The notes under the pieces are model-generated. The model was not told the origin of the DNA. It worked only from the letters and a program-made list of their open reading frames with translations, and made no database searches. Positions 35,234 through 47,375 of a DNA stretch of 64,000 bases are shown one piece after another. A program made the position numbers and the translations under genes. Position 1 is the first letter of the stretch; every line of letters starts with the position of its first letter. The DNA is from Felis catus (taxonomy: Eukaryota): assembly GCF_018350175.1 (NCBI RefSeq), contig NC_058371.1, forward strand, positions 200,880,001-200,944,000. Direction: 5' to 3'.

Positions 35234-37194
35234 GTAAGTGGACTGTCCTCCTTACTAACTTACTAACGGCCACACACACCCCCCCCCCACCCCCATCTCT
35301 GCCACTCAGGCTACCGCCCGAGAGCCCTGGGAGCTCCCGCCCACCCGCCCGCCCACTGTCCCGGGTCACCCAGCTCTGTGGGTGTGACCTTCCTCCTCCC
35401 CGTGGCCCTCAGCCCACGTCTGCATCGCCTCCCTCCTCGTCTGCTTACCTCCAAGGCTTCCCACAGCCCCTCCTTCGCTCCCCCAGCCTGTCCTTTCCAG
35501 CGCCGCCCCAGGCATTTCTGCCCACCACTTGGTGGACCTGTCGCTCCCCAACGAGCCCTTGGGTGGGCACCACCACAGAGCCCTCGAGCTGGGCTCCGTG
35601 GCCGGACTCTGCCTTCCTGTCCCCTCCACACGCCCAGTGCGGCACTCTGGTCTCAGCCCCGGCACCGGGCCGCGTCGGGTTTCTACGAGCTCCCGGCAGG
35701 CAGGCCGATGAACCGAAGGAAACGTGTCTGTCTTCTCCGTGTCAGCTCAGGTCCTGCGAGGACTTTCCCCCAAATCACCCACAGGCCTGTGGGCCTCCCC
35801 CCACCAGTCTGTCCCCCCTCAGCGAATGGCGCCCTGCCGCACCCAAGCTCAGCCACTGCTGTCCGGCCTCTGTCACCTGCACACGCCGTCCCGCCCCACC
35901 CGTCAGCTGTTGCACCTCTTTCCGCCTCGTCACCCGTGCCCCGTCTGGGTCGGGTGTCCCCTCGCTGGCCCTCGCGATGCCCGACCGGTGCCGCCACTGT
36001 GCTGTTCCGCACAGACTGGGGACCGCGTGTCTGGCCGCAAGTGCAGACCTGAGCCGTAGCCTCTGCTGGGACTCTGCGACTCACGCTCCTAACCACGGTG
36101 GCCTCTTGTCACTGCGCTCTGCCCTCACGTGCCTCTGGCCTCGAACCCTCCCTTCTCCCTCCTTCCGCGCAGCTGTCTTTCTGCTTCCGCCTCAGGGGCC
36201 CAACCAGGGGTGGCGCTGCCCAACTGGAAATGGGGGTGTCATAAGTATGACCGGGGGGGCCGCTAGTTCCTGTGGCTGGGGGGAGGTGGTGCCGCTGGTT
36301 GCCGTGACGGGGCGAGCTGGTTGCTATGGGGGTGGGGACGTTGCTAATTAAGGTGACGGTGGGGGGGGGGAAGCGGCCGGTTGGGGGGGTGGCACGTTGC
36401 CGGCTACTGTGGGGGGAGGGAAGGAGGCCTTGGTAGTCGCCTCGGGGGTCGGGGACCATCGCTAGTTGCTGTGGAGGGAGGGTGCTGTTGCTGATCACTC
36501 TGCCTGAGTTGGGGGTGGGCACTGGTCGTTCCTGTGACTAGGGAAGGGCTGCCATTTGCATTTAGTGTCCTGGGGGACAGAGGTGCTGACCACCTGGTGT
36601 GGGGGGGTGGGGGGACTGTCCCACACGACAGGGGGTTTGTAGGACTCCGTGTCTGAGGCCAGGCTCCCGGACAACCTCTGGCTCTTACTCCTATGGGCCT
36701 CACTTTTCCACCTTCAGCTGAGGACTCTTTGGAAGAGCTCTTTCCCTGCCCACCTGTCTGGAGTGTGTGTGTGTGTCCCTTCTCCCCTTCCCCGTTGGCC
36801 ACGTCGCCTGGTTTGCACCGCAGCGTGTGGTTGCGTTGGTTGGTCTGCTTGCTGGGGGCTCTCCCCGCGTGGCAGGGAGACACGGCAGGGCGGGGGTCCC
36901 CGTGCCCAGCCTCGTCCCCACCCGTGGTCGGCACTTAGACTGCTGTTTCTGGGCAGCCCTGACATACAGAACGTTTTGTCCCAGGGACCGAACATATCGA
37001 GTTAGGGTTCTGGACGCCTTACGGATCAGGAAGGAGAGGTGGTTTTGCTTTGAAGCAGCGAAACTTCATGGTGTGTAACTCTCCCCGAGAAAACCATGGA
37101 CTTGTTACTTGATCTCTGTGTCAAGAGTGTTTCGCGTAGCCCTTGTGAAAAAAACCTGGCTTTTGATCTGTTGAAACTGTTCCTTTCATCCCAG

Positions 37195-37374
37195 GTGTCT
37201 TCTGTTTATGAAGCAAGGTGTGCAGGAGAGAGAAATGCCGGAGCAAAACCCAACGGCTTCCACAGAAAGATCTCCTCCAGCGCCAGCTCCGGCTCGGAAG
37301 GCTCCGGCTCGGACGGTGGGGGCGAGTGGGCGGACCCTGGCGAAGAGGAGCTCTTTTCTCGAACTCATCTCTAA
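37195..37374 (+). CDS. KIAA0232: KIAA0232 last coding exon (VSSVYEARC...EEELFSRTHL*)
   Basis: tcctttcatcccag acceptor; 59 codons plus TAA at 37372-37374. Confidence 0.95.
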   Translation: MSSVYEARCAGERNAGAKPNGFHRKISSSASSGSEGSGSDGGGEWADPGEEELFSRTHL

Positions 37375-38954
37375 ACCTGCAGCGTAGTGCAAATTAATTT
37401 TTGAAAACGATCTGTGATGGCAAATTACCCTTTTGTGAGGCCTGTTAATCTAAAACAACAACTTAGGGTTCTTCTTCAATTAACTGATTCAGATCAGTAA
37501 TTATCTTTCTCTTCTTGCTTATTTTAGAGTTGAGGACAGCTATCCTGTTGAACTTTTTTTTTTTTTCCTCCAAGCTGTTAAATTCTTGGCTATTTGAAAT
37601 AGACTAGATTGTGTTGTCAAATCCAGAATGGGTGTGCATGTGCTTGTCTAGGAGTAGCCCTGCGTTCCGCATCTTGACTGCAGCTACGGTCCTGCTGGCT
37701 GCAGCCCGGTCACTGTTACCCTAGCACCGCGGTGTCCGCAACCACTTCCGCTCTCCAGAGACTTGAGCTTTGGGACCTTTAGGCTTTGTTCTCTAAGAAC
37801 TGGGACATAGACACCTACCCCTGCAATGGATCGGTGCCTTCCTGAAGGCAGGAGGGAAGCATGAGTGACTCATCCACCGTCTTCATTCAGTCAGATCTCA
37901 TGTACATTTGAAGTAGGAACCGCAAGGGTGTGCTTTTAGAGACTTACACGATACTGTGTTTTCTATCTTAGGATTTTCCCCCTCAAGTATCATGGAAGAT
38001 ACTGTGGTGTGTGATTTCTTGCTAGCTGAAGGAGCCAAGGCTTTGGGGTGTCGGGTGGCGTACGAGGCCCAGCGGGGTGGAGAGCGTACCCCCAGCCCGT
38101 TCTTACGTTGCGGTTACGTTTTTGCCAAAACACCCCTTCCGGGTTGTTTGTGGTTTGGATCTTAGTTGCAGATTATGGTTTGCTGGTGACCTCCATTGAC
38201 TCGAAGCCTCCAGAACTCTAAATGATAAACGTCTGACGTGCAGTAAAGGCCACCTCGTCACCCCGAAGAAACCTCGGCTGCTGCAGCTAGCTCCCGTTGT
38301 GGTTGTGATTTTAGTAGAGCTTAGATCTCATTTTGTGTTTGAGAGAATGTTCTGGGCAAGTTCTGTGTGGTGGGTTGGGGGCGGGGGGAGTAACAGTTTC
38401 TCCCACACCTGTGCGATTGCTTCATGGGACTCGCTTTCCGCTCTCGTGGGGACCCAGGGGTCAGTCCGTCTCACACCAGTCCCGTCCACTCACGATGGCC
38501 ACTTCCTCGCGCTTTCACGCCGCCGGGCAGCAGGTGAAGCTGGGAGGAGCGGTGTTTGTCAAACCAGATTGTGTTTCCTTTTAAACTAACTCCTTACGAA
38601 AAAGACAAAACAAAACAACCTAGTTTGTAGCATCAGTTTGGCACGTCTGTATCGTCAGGAATGGCAGAAAAGCGTGACACAGACGAGACCGCGTCACCAC
38701 TGCCCTCGGCGGGCAGCACACGCGTGCGGTGACCGGCTGGGGGCGAAGTGGCCGAGGAATCCCTGATGGGCTTCGAGCGCTGGGTGGTGTTGCCCTTCTC
38801 GTCGTTGATGACACGGGCGAGCGACCCCGAGGCTCTGGGGTCGTCCCGGTTGTGTGTGTCCTCGCTGTGAGAGACCTGATGGACGGTTGGCTCGGATCTC
38901 GCCACACGGCAGGGTTTGTTTTTATACAGCACATCTTTTGACACTTTAAAGTGG

Positions 38955-38993
38955 GTGTGTGTGCGTGTGTGTGCGTGTGCGCGCGCGTGTGTA
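38955..38993. repeat. Alternating purine-pyrimidine (GT/GC)n tract
   Basis: gtgtgtgtgcgtgtgtgtgcgtgtgcgcgcgcgtgtgta. Confidence 0.9.
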
Positions 38994-39197
38994 AGGTTTA
39001 CGTTGCTGTTATTTATTTACAGACTTTATAAGGTTTTATGTATTTTTCTTTCTTCCGGAGCTTCCTAAAAAGTGATTAGCATCTGCACTGAAATACAATT
39101 TAACAGCAAAGGCAAAAAAGAATTGGAAGTTGTAAATTCCTAAAATCACTACGGTGATGATCATTCTAGAAATCGTTGCTTAATGTAGCAGAGACCA

Positions 39198-39203
39198 AAT
39201 AAA
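39198..39203 (+). terminator. Candidate proximal polyadenylation signal
   Basis: AATAAA in 3'UTR. Confidence 0.4.
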
Positions 39204-39679
39204 TATATTTCAGACACAACCTTTAGCTCAGTTGATTTTGGACAGCTGCTTTTTACCAAGACAGGGCTCCAGGTGGCAAAGGTGCCGACTTCCCTTCGCA
39301 CCGGTAGGAAGACCCTGCATCTTCCACGGGGGGGGCGGGAGGGGGGGGGATGGGGTTGGATTATAAGTGGGCAGGGGGATTAACAGATTATGTATTTATT
39401 TGTTTTCATAGCTAAGTGGCTGAAGCCTGGAGGCTTTCAGCAGCAGAGTTGAAAGTGTGGTTTTTAGTTTTGTGAATGGATGATCACAAAGAAAAAGCAT
39501 TTTTTAAAAAGTTGGCAAAACGCTGAAACGCACTGTGGTATGAAGCGCATTGCGTACCCGTAGCACTGAAGTACCCGGTTTCCATTCCTGGGCTGAGATT
39601 GTTTCCCCGTGGTTGTATTGTGCTGATTTCACGTACACCAGAGTAACTGATTTTTTGTTTTCTTGTGGAGTTAACACCA

Positions 39680-39685
39680 AATAAA
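39680..39685 (+). terminator. Candidate distal/major polyadenylation signal
   Basis: AATAAA preceded by U-rich tract and followed by GU-rich ggttggttgtcttcatt. Confidence 0.6.
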
Positions 39686-40723
39686 AAATTTGAAAACGGT
39701 TGGTTGTCTTCATTTATCACAGCAAAGGCTCTTTTCTGAAGAGCCGCGGCCTGTCTCAGCTCCGGGCGGCGGGAGGTGGGAAGTGGCCGGTTCACCTCGT
39801 TCAGAAGAAGCTGGTTTAGCTCTTACGGGCCTCGCTCAAAGTGTTGGCCTGCTGCTTTGCCGCAGAGGGAGGGGGGTGGTCTGCTGAGAAATGGGTCCAT
39901 CCCTCCTCCCTCCCCCCAACTACCTGAATCTTGCACAGAACACGGATTTCTGTCTGTAGCTGTAGACAAAACTTCGTCTTTTTGTTCCGGGGGGAGGGGG
40001 CGGGACGGGGAGTACATATAAACATCGATGTTTATCGTAGAAAAAGAAATCAGTGTATTTTTAAAAGTATAGGGAAAACTCTACTTCCATTGCCGTGAGA
40101 TGGTCGCTGCTAACATTTCTGCAAAAACACTTTTCTCGACGGCTGAATGTATGTTTGAACATACGGAGAGAAGCTTATAGCACAGGGTGGAACTACACTG
40201 CCCCGTGACGTGGGAAATAGGTGTCTACTCAGATGTCTTTTCGTGGCAGGAATTGTAGACCTGTTTAACTTTTTATAGCTGCATTAGTCCAGTCTGTAGA
40301 TAACAACACTTTCCTCATTGCTCAACATTTAAGAACGTGCCTTTTATGTGTATTCCGTATCCTGAATAGCACTTCTGCGGACACCTTCAAACCCGTGTGC
40401 CCTTGTACGCTCACTCCTGAAGGGAGACCCCCAGCCTGTGGAACACCCGTGCCTGTCATAGCGTCCCCCGCCCCTTGTCCGTCCTGTTTCTCTCCACCTG
40501 TCAGCGGACACTCAGCTCGGGTTATTTGAGGCCAGTGCCTTTTCAGGTTGGCATTGTCTTTAATCTGGGGCGGAGGAGAATCATTTAAATTTTGTTTTAT
40601 CCATTTTTTTTATGGTTTCTGGGATGTGTAGGCATGTTTTTTAAATGCTTTCTTCACCTTTAAAAGAGTATAAAAATACGTTTCTGTGTTTTTCTAGAAC
40701 CCATATACTTTATGTAGAATTGA

Positions 40724-40838
40724 TTTTTTTTTTTTTCCCCTTAAGTAAGCTTCATGCCCCGTGGTGGGGCTTGAACTCACGACCTGGACGGAGATCAAGA
40801 GTCGTGTGCTCTACCGACTGGCCCAGCCAGGCGCCCCT
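40724..40838 (-). mobile_element. Short Can-SINE with TSD
   Basis: Head gccaggcgcccc; flanks tgtagaattgat / tgtagagttgat. Confidence 0.9.
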
Positions 40839-41176
40839 GTAGAGTTGATCCTTGAAGCGTGTGTATTTTATACCAGGAGTGAGGCTTAAGGACTCAGCCT
40901 CATTTTTTACCAGCTAGTTGGACGGCAGCCCCAACTCCTTTTGTTATAAAACCCCTATCCCGTGCCCCCCCCCACCCTGCACCCCATATCTGAAGTGACC
41001 CCTGGATAAGTGCCCTCTTAATGTGGAAACCTAGGTCCAACTGCTGGCTGTGTGACATTGGGTAAACTGATGCAAGTCAAATGCTTACAAAAGGGTCTCT
41101 TGCCTAGTAAGCACTCTCAGTGTTAGCTTCTGACTGACCGGTCGCTGGGATTCAGGAGACCTCCAGGATCTACCTC

Positions 41177-41381
41177 TTTTTTTATTTTTAAGTTTTTAAC
41201 ATTTATTTTGAGCGGGAAAGTGAGCAGGGGGAGGGGCAGAGAGGGAGAGAGAGAATCCCAAGCAGGCTCCGCACCGTCAGCGTGAAGCCTGACGCGGGAC
41301 TCAAACTCCCAAACCGTGAGATCGCGACCTGAGCCGAAACCAGGAGTCAGGCGCTTAACCGACTGAGCCCCCCAGGCGCCC
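41177..41381 (-). mobile_element. Can-SINE (SINEC_Fc2-like)
   Basis: Full body; flanked by caggatct on both sides. Confidence 0.95.
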
Positions 41382-44300
41382 TCAGGATCTGTCTACCTTA
41401 ATCATGACTGCAGGGGTGTGACCTGAGCCCTCACCGGTAGAGCAGCAGTGCCCACTCGGGCGGGGAGGTGGCACGGAGAGCCAGCTCCCCGGAAGTGCCC
41501 GAGGCAGGACTGGAGGATGTTAGAGCAGCAGGGAGGTCCCCTGTGCAGGTGCGCGGATCGTCCCCGGAAGCTGCGCCCCGTGGCCCGCGTACTTGCTTCC
41601 CAGCGGGGGGGTGGGGGTGCCGGGCTGGGCCTCTGCTCCTCGCGTGACCACCCGGAGCTTGGGCTCTGTCCCCGGGACTGTGACATCACAGCCGAGTGCC
41701 GCTCACACCCAGGGCGTAAAGCCCTCTCTCAAAGTACACCAAGCGTTCAGCCGCTGCTCTTGTGACTGATGCTGCTGCTCCTGTCACCCCAGACGCCACC
41801 CCCGGCAGACTCCGGGCACGTGGGTAAGTGGCCGTGCAGCGCCCGGTGGCCTGTGTCTGCCCAGCAGTCCGGGAACGGAAAGAAGGGCCCAGCCGGCGGG
41901 TGGATGGCATCACGGGCGGGCTCTGTTGCGGGCACAGAGGCCGGGAAGGGAGCTGCCGAGTCACAGCCGCCCCCAGTTTCCCGCCACCGGCCTTGCGTCA
42001 CTGGTGTGGGAGAGACGCGGTCAGGAGCGGTCGCCCCACCCGACTGATGAGCGGTGACTGGCGGGAATGCCACCGCCTCACACCGGGACGGTGTCCGCCT
42101 GCCTGTGGCCTTCTTCCAGGTGTCCTGCCCTGTTAACCCCGCGAGGTGGGTGCGTTTGCCCCGTTTTACAGGCGGCAAAACCGAGGCGCTCGCTAAGGTC
42201 TGGCACCCGCTGGAAGGTGGAGCCAAGATTCGAACTGCGTGTAAGTGGCGACCGTAACCGTGCGTCCCGTGGAGTCGGTTGTAAAGAGGAACTGACACAG
42301 CCGGGCAGCGAGGACACAGTCCGCGAGGTGCGGTCCTGGAGCGGCCGCCCGGGAGGCTGTCGCACCCCCGTCGGTACCTCTCGGAAGGAGCTCCCATCCC
42401 CAGGCGGCCCCTTCCTTCCCCTGCTGCATCGATGGCGGGGGGAGCAAAGCCCCGGCCTCAGGGGTGAGGTGCCACTGTCCCCCCTGCTCCGGGTGGTGTC
42501 CGGGCCGGGGGGCCCGTCAGAGCGGAGTCTGGGGTGAAGGGGCAGGCACGTGGGCGGCTGCAGCTGAGACGTGGGGCCACTTCATGGCACGGTCCGGGGA
42601 GTTCCATCTCCGCAGGCTTCTGTCCGGCTCCACACACCTCTGTGTCGTGGGCCAGTCAGCCCCACTTCCCTCGCCGACCCCCGGGCTCCTGCTCTGACCC
42701 GACCACTGCCTCAGCCAGAGCATGTCCCCGGCGTCCGGGCCCTTCCCAGCCATTCAGGCCCGTCCCGTGCGGAGCTTGCAGTCTGCCGCAGGGTCTGGGG
42801 CCCGGGGCCTGCCTTCCCGCCCCTGTGGCCGCCCCTCCTCCACTGCCCCAGCCCCTCCTCAGACCCCCAGGCAGAGGGGAGACCCCCCGTGGGAACCTGA
42901 CCCACCGTGGGCCTGGCCTGGTGGGGGAGCCTGAGGCCGCTGGCCCAGCCAGGGGACGGCTTCTTCCTTTGCTGCCTTCTCCCTCTGCAGAGGAGGAAGG
43001 GGCATTGAAGGAGGCCTGGCCCGGGTGCCCTAAATCCCAGGCTCCACCCCATGGCTCCCTGGGGGTCATCGAGGGCCTCGGGCAAGTCCTGACCCCCTTC
43101 CCGGCTTGACTCCAGCTCCTCTCACAGGCCAGGGGCCCCAACTCCCGCTGGTCACAAATGTCAACCGTGTCCACCGCATCCTCCTGCAAACGCACGCTGC
43201 CAGCCAGCGATGAAGGGCAGCCCGGTGCCCTGGCTCCCTGCTAGGCCACCTGACGCTCTCAGGCCTCACTCCGGCCCAGTGATCACGGACCTGGGAAATG
43301 CTCAGAGACGTGCGGGACCCCCAACTGTCAGTGGCAGACCCGGCCCTTGGCTCCTCACTGCCCTGCGCTCCTGATCTGGTCGCTACCCCCCCCTCCCCCC
43401 CACCTGCAAGGCCTCGATGCCCCACCCTGGGGAGCCTGCAGGCACCTGGCAGCCCCCTCCCGGCTCCCCCCTGCCCTTCACCGCATAAGGGCCTCGCCAG
43501 GATGCCGGTCTGGTGGTCCTGGGCTCCTCCCCACCACCCCCCTCCAGTGTGCCCAGACGCCCACCCCCCACCTGCACCGCCCCTTCCTGAGCAGGGGGGA
43601 GGGGGAAGGAAATGGAGAGACACTGATCTCTGGGTGACTTCCTCACGCTGAACCTGGGTCACCCCCACTCACATACGCTTCTCCCAAACTTAGTGCCATC
43701 ACGGGTGACATTGTTACCCGGACAAGGCTGGTGAGCCTTGGGGACCGCGAGTTGGGGTCTTTTGGGGGCCCGGGTGTCTTCATGTTGGCATTAAGCTGCT
43801 AATTGGGAGGAAACATTGATCTCTGGCCTTGGTCTCAAATAGGGTTTGGAAACATTCGTTCGTTCAACAGATCTGTATGAGGATCCTACTGTGTGCCGGG
43901 CCCAAAAGCTGGTGCCGGTAATACGTTTTATTTTTCTAAGTCCGTAAACCTCCTTCAGCCCTGGTTCTTTGGCCATAAAGGTCCTACAGCGTCCTCTCCA
44001 TCTCTCCTATGTAACCTTCAGAGGGTCTCTCCAGCCCACCCGGGCCACGACCATTCCTAAAGGGGTTTGAGGGCGGGGGTGAGGACCCCTCCAAGTCCCG
44101 GGAGCCCTCTACATCAGAAGACTCTTCCTTATCTTACCCCTGAATTTCCCTGCCTGGAAGCCCGTCTGGGGCCACGGGAAGTCCCGCGGTGAGGCTGGTG
44201 GTGAGGCCCAGCTCGGCCCCGACCGGCCGGGCGGCCTCGCCAAGGTCACGTGGCATCTCCGGGCAGGGCACGGGGAGGAGGGAGGCACGACCGCTGATTC

Positions 44301-44574
44301 TACACACTCGGAGGGAGCGTGGCGCTTCCTCCAGAGTGAGTTACCCGTTTCATCTGGAGAGGCTCTGTCTCCAGCCATCACTCACTGTCCAGATGGGCAG
44401 CTGACAGAGTGGTTTCCTTCTTGGCAGCGTCTGGCTTTCCGGCTTTGGCCACCGATCGCGGAAAGCAGGGGAAACCGCTGCTCGGGCACAGCCTCCCTGG
44501 GCCTAGGAAACCGGATGGAGTGTGCAGCGAGGAGCCTCCACCCTCCCTTCCCAGGGCCAACTGCCTCCAGCCAT

Positions 44575-44700
44575 TAGTCCTAACTCGCGCCATGTGGCCC
44601 TTGGCAAGCCATTCACACTCTCCAGCCTCGGTTTCCTCCTCTGTAAAACCAGAAAGGGGAGACCTATGCCAGGTTTAGAGGAAAGCACGTATAGGTGCTG
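44575..44700 (+). mobile_element. MIR
   Basis: gtggcccttggcaagccattcacactctccagcctcggtttcctcctctgtaaaa core. Confidence 0.7.
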
Positions 44701-45009
44701 AGAAGGTGCGATTTCCCCTCTAGTGGCCACCAGAGTCAACTGGTCAAACCACACCAGCATCTCTGTGAGTGGATGGGAGTCTGACCGGCAGCGTCCAGGT
44801 GGGGATGGCGGGGGTGGGGACGGTGATTCGGGAAGAGACGGAGGTGGGGAGGTGGGAGGGGTCAGTCTGTGAGGGGCCTTGAATGCCTCTTGGGAAGGGT
44901 TCATCCTAGAGGTCACGGGGAGCATGAAGGGGTGTGAACAGGGGCACCATTTCGTTCTGGGCGGAACAGTGGTCTCCGAGGTTGGATAGGGATTCTTTTA
45001 TTTTTCAAA

Positions 45010-45190
45010 AGCATTTTTATTTTTATATGATTTTTAAATTTTATTTAAATCCAAGCTAGTTTAACATACAGTGTAACAGTGGTTTCAGGTGTAAAATTTA
45101 GTGATTCATCACTTACATATAAAACCCAGCACTCATCACAGGTGCCCTCCCCCCTTAATGCCCATCACCCGTTTAGCCCATCCCCCCACC
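45010..45190 (-). mobile_element. Carnivore L1 3' tail fragment
   Basis: ttaacatacagtgtaacagtggtttcaggtgtaaaatttagtgattcatcacttacatat. Confidence 0.8.
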
Positions 45191-45794
45191 TATGGAGAGA
45201 GATTTTAGAATCAGCTGACACGAGAGAATCTTCTAGAACTTTTGCAGCTTTTAAAAGAGGCTCGCGGTGGCATTTCCTCCCTTTCCTACAGTCGGGCGAG
45301 CTCAGGAGACTCCTGTGAATGGAGCTCTGGGCAGGTGAACCTGTCTGGGCTTAGCCTGGTGCTATTGCTGACCTACCGGGTCTTACACAGGCCGTGTCCC
45401 TGTTCTGACCCGACTCCTCGTCTGGAGAAAATCATTCGGCGATCATCCAGCCCGCCTCCAGCATAGCAGTGAGTTTGGCTATTTGGTCCTGGATGGAAAA
45501 GCCCTTTGTAAACTGTGTGTGAGGGAGCATTAAAGTCATAACTGCATTCCGCTAAAAATCACAGGTCTCCCCATATTCTGCAGCCCTCGTGGTTAGACCG
45601 GGATGATGCTAACCCATCAGGTGGTGACACTGACAGCATGGGGACCCGCTAGTCCAAGGTGACATCTCTCAAAGTGAGGCGAGCCGCTGACTCCTCATTG
45701 GACATATAGGAAGTACACATTTGGGCTCTCGGAGTGACCCCGAGACGGGTCCCTGCTTCTGTCCCCAAATCAGAGCTTCCCAAGGGACCCGTTT

Positions 45795-45851
45795 CAGAGG
45801 ACTTGGCCAAATGTCCTCTGGGGGCAAAATCGCCCTCGGCTGAGAACCACT
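45795..45851 (+). mobile_element. MER20 (hAT-Charlie) terminal fragment
   Basis: gccaaatgtcctctgggggcaaaatcgccctcggctgagaaccactg. Confidence 0.65.
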
Positions 45852-46011
45852 GCTTGAGATGAAAGTCTAAGTTTGTAGGAAATGGTGGGGGGAGAGGAGC
45901 TTGCTAAATGCCACCACCAGGCGAATCCACAATGTGGAAAATTCCACAAGATACGCGATCCCGTGTCACCAACAAATATATGGCACAGGAGAAACAAAGG
46001 AGGAACTATTT

Positions 46012-47145
46012 ATTTGTCTTTCTTTTCAAATTTTTGTTTAAATTCTAGTTAGTTAACATAGAGTGCAATGATTGGTTTCAGGAATAGAATCTAGTGATTC
46101 ATCACAAGTGCCCTCCTTAATGCCCATCACCCATCCAGCCCATCCCCCACCCACCTCCCTCCCTCAACCCTCAGTTTTTTCTCTATCATTAAGAGTCCCT
46201 TATGATTTGGGGGCATCTGGGTGTGTCTGTTGGGTAAGCATCCGACTCTTGATTTCGGCTCAGGTCATGATCTCACGGTTCATGAGTTCAAACCCCACGT
46301 CCAACTCTGCACTGACAGCACAGAGCCTGCTTGGGATTCTCTCTCTCTCTGCCCCTCCCTTGCTTGCTTTCTCTCTCTCTCTCAAAATAAATAAAAATAA
46401 ACTTTTTAAAAAAATGAATAGATTCTTCCGAAAAAAGAGAGACTCCTATAGTTTCCCTCTCTTCTGTTCCCACCCGTCCCTTATGTTCCTCTGTTTTGTT
46501 TCTTAGATTCCATGTAGGAAAGTAATCATATGGTATTTGTCTTTCTCTGACTTATTTTGCGTAGTGGAATACACTCTAGAACCATCCATGTCGTGGCGAA
46601 TGGCAACATTTCATTCTTGATACGACTGGTAGTGCACTTGCTCGTCTTAGGGTAGTTCTATTTTCAACCTGCTCAGGGACCTCCACACTGTTCTCCAGAG
46701 TGGCTGGACCAGTTTGCACTCCCACCGATGGCGCAAGAGGGTTCCCCTCTCTCCGCTTCCTCGCCAACATCTGTCGTTGCCTGAGTTGTTCATGTTACCC
46801 NNNNNNNNNNNNNNNNNNNNNNNNNNNNNNNNNNNNNNNNNNNNNNNNNNNNNNNNNNNNNNNNNNNNNNNNNNNNNNNNNNNNNNNNNNNNNNNNNNNN
46901 NNNNNNNNNNNNNNNNNNNNNNNNNNNNNNNNNNNNNNNNNNNNNNNNNNNNNNNNNNNNNNNTTTTTGGGGGTGTTGAGTTTTGATAAGTTCTTTATAG
47001 TCGGTTAACCCTTTATCCAATATGTCATTTGCAAATATCTTCTTCCCTTCCATCAGCTGCCTTTTAGTGTTGTTGCTTGTTTCTTTCTCTCTGCAGAAGC
47101 TTTTTATCTTGATGAGGTCCCAAGAGTTCATTTTTGCTTTTGTTT
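46012..47145 (-). mobile_element. 5'-truncated carnivore L1 (ORF2 C-terminus + 3'UTR), interrupted by a SINE
   Basis: Minus-strand WDLIKIKSFC...KIFAND ORF2 peptide; L1 3'UTR; 17-bp TSD at 45995-46011 and 47146-47162. Confidence 0.9.
46209..46413 (+). mobile_element. Can-SINE inserted in L1 3'UTR
   Basis: gggggcatctgggtg head, (CT)n, aaaataaataaaaataaa tail. Confidence 0.9.
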
Positions 47146-47162
47146 CAAAGGGGGAACTATTT

Positions 47163-47375
47163 TTTTTTTAATTTTTTAATGTTTATTTATTTTTTGAGAG
47201 AGAGAGACACATGAGCAGGGGAGGGGCAGAGAGAGAGGGAGACACAATCCGAAGCAGGCTCCAGGCTTCCAGCTGTCAGCACAGAGCCCGACTCGGGGCT
47301 CAAACTCACAGACGGTGAAATCATGACCTGTGCCGAAGTCGGACGCTTAACCGGCTAAGCCCCCCCAGGCGCCCC
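47163..47375 (-). mobile_element. Young SINEC_Fc with 18-bp perfect TSD
   Basis: TCAAAGGGGGAACTATTT at 47145-47162 and 47377-47394. Confidence 0.95.

Larger units (their letters stand above)
37375..39705 (+). other. KIAA0232: KIAA0232 3'UTR (end approximate)
   Basis: Repeat-free, partly AU-rich stretch after the stop; AATAAA at 39198 and 39680. Confidence 0.7.

Noticed and set aside
35378-36351. 224- and 262-aa plus-strand ORFs in the last intron
   Set aside because: Low-complexity C/G-rich sequence, overlapping in different frames, no known homology
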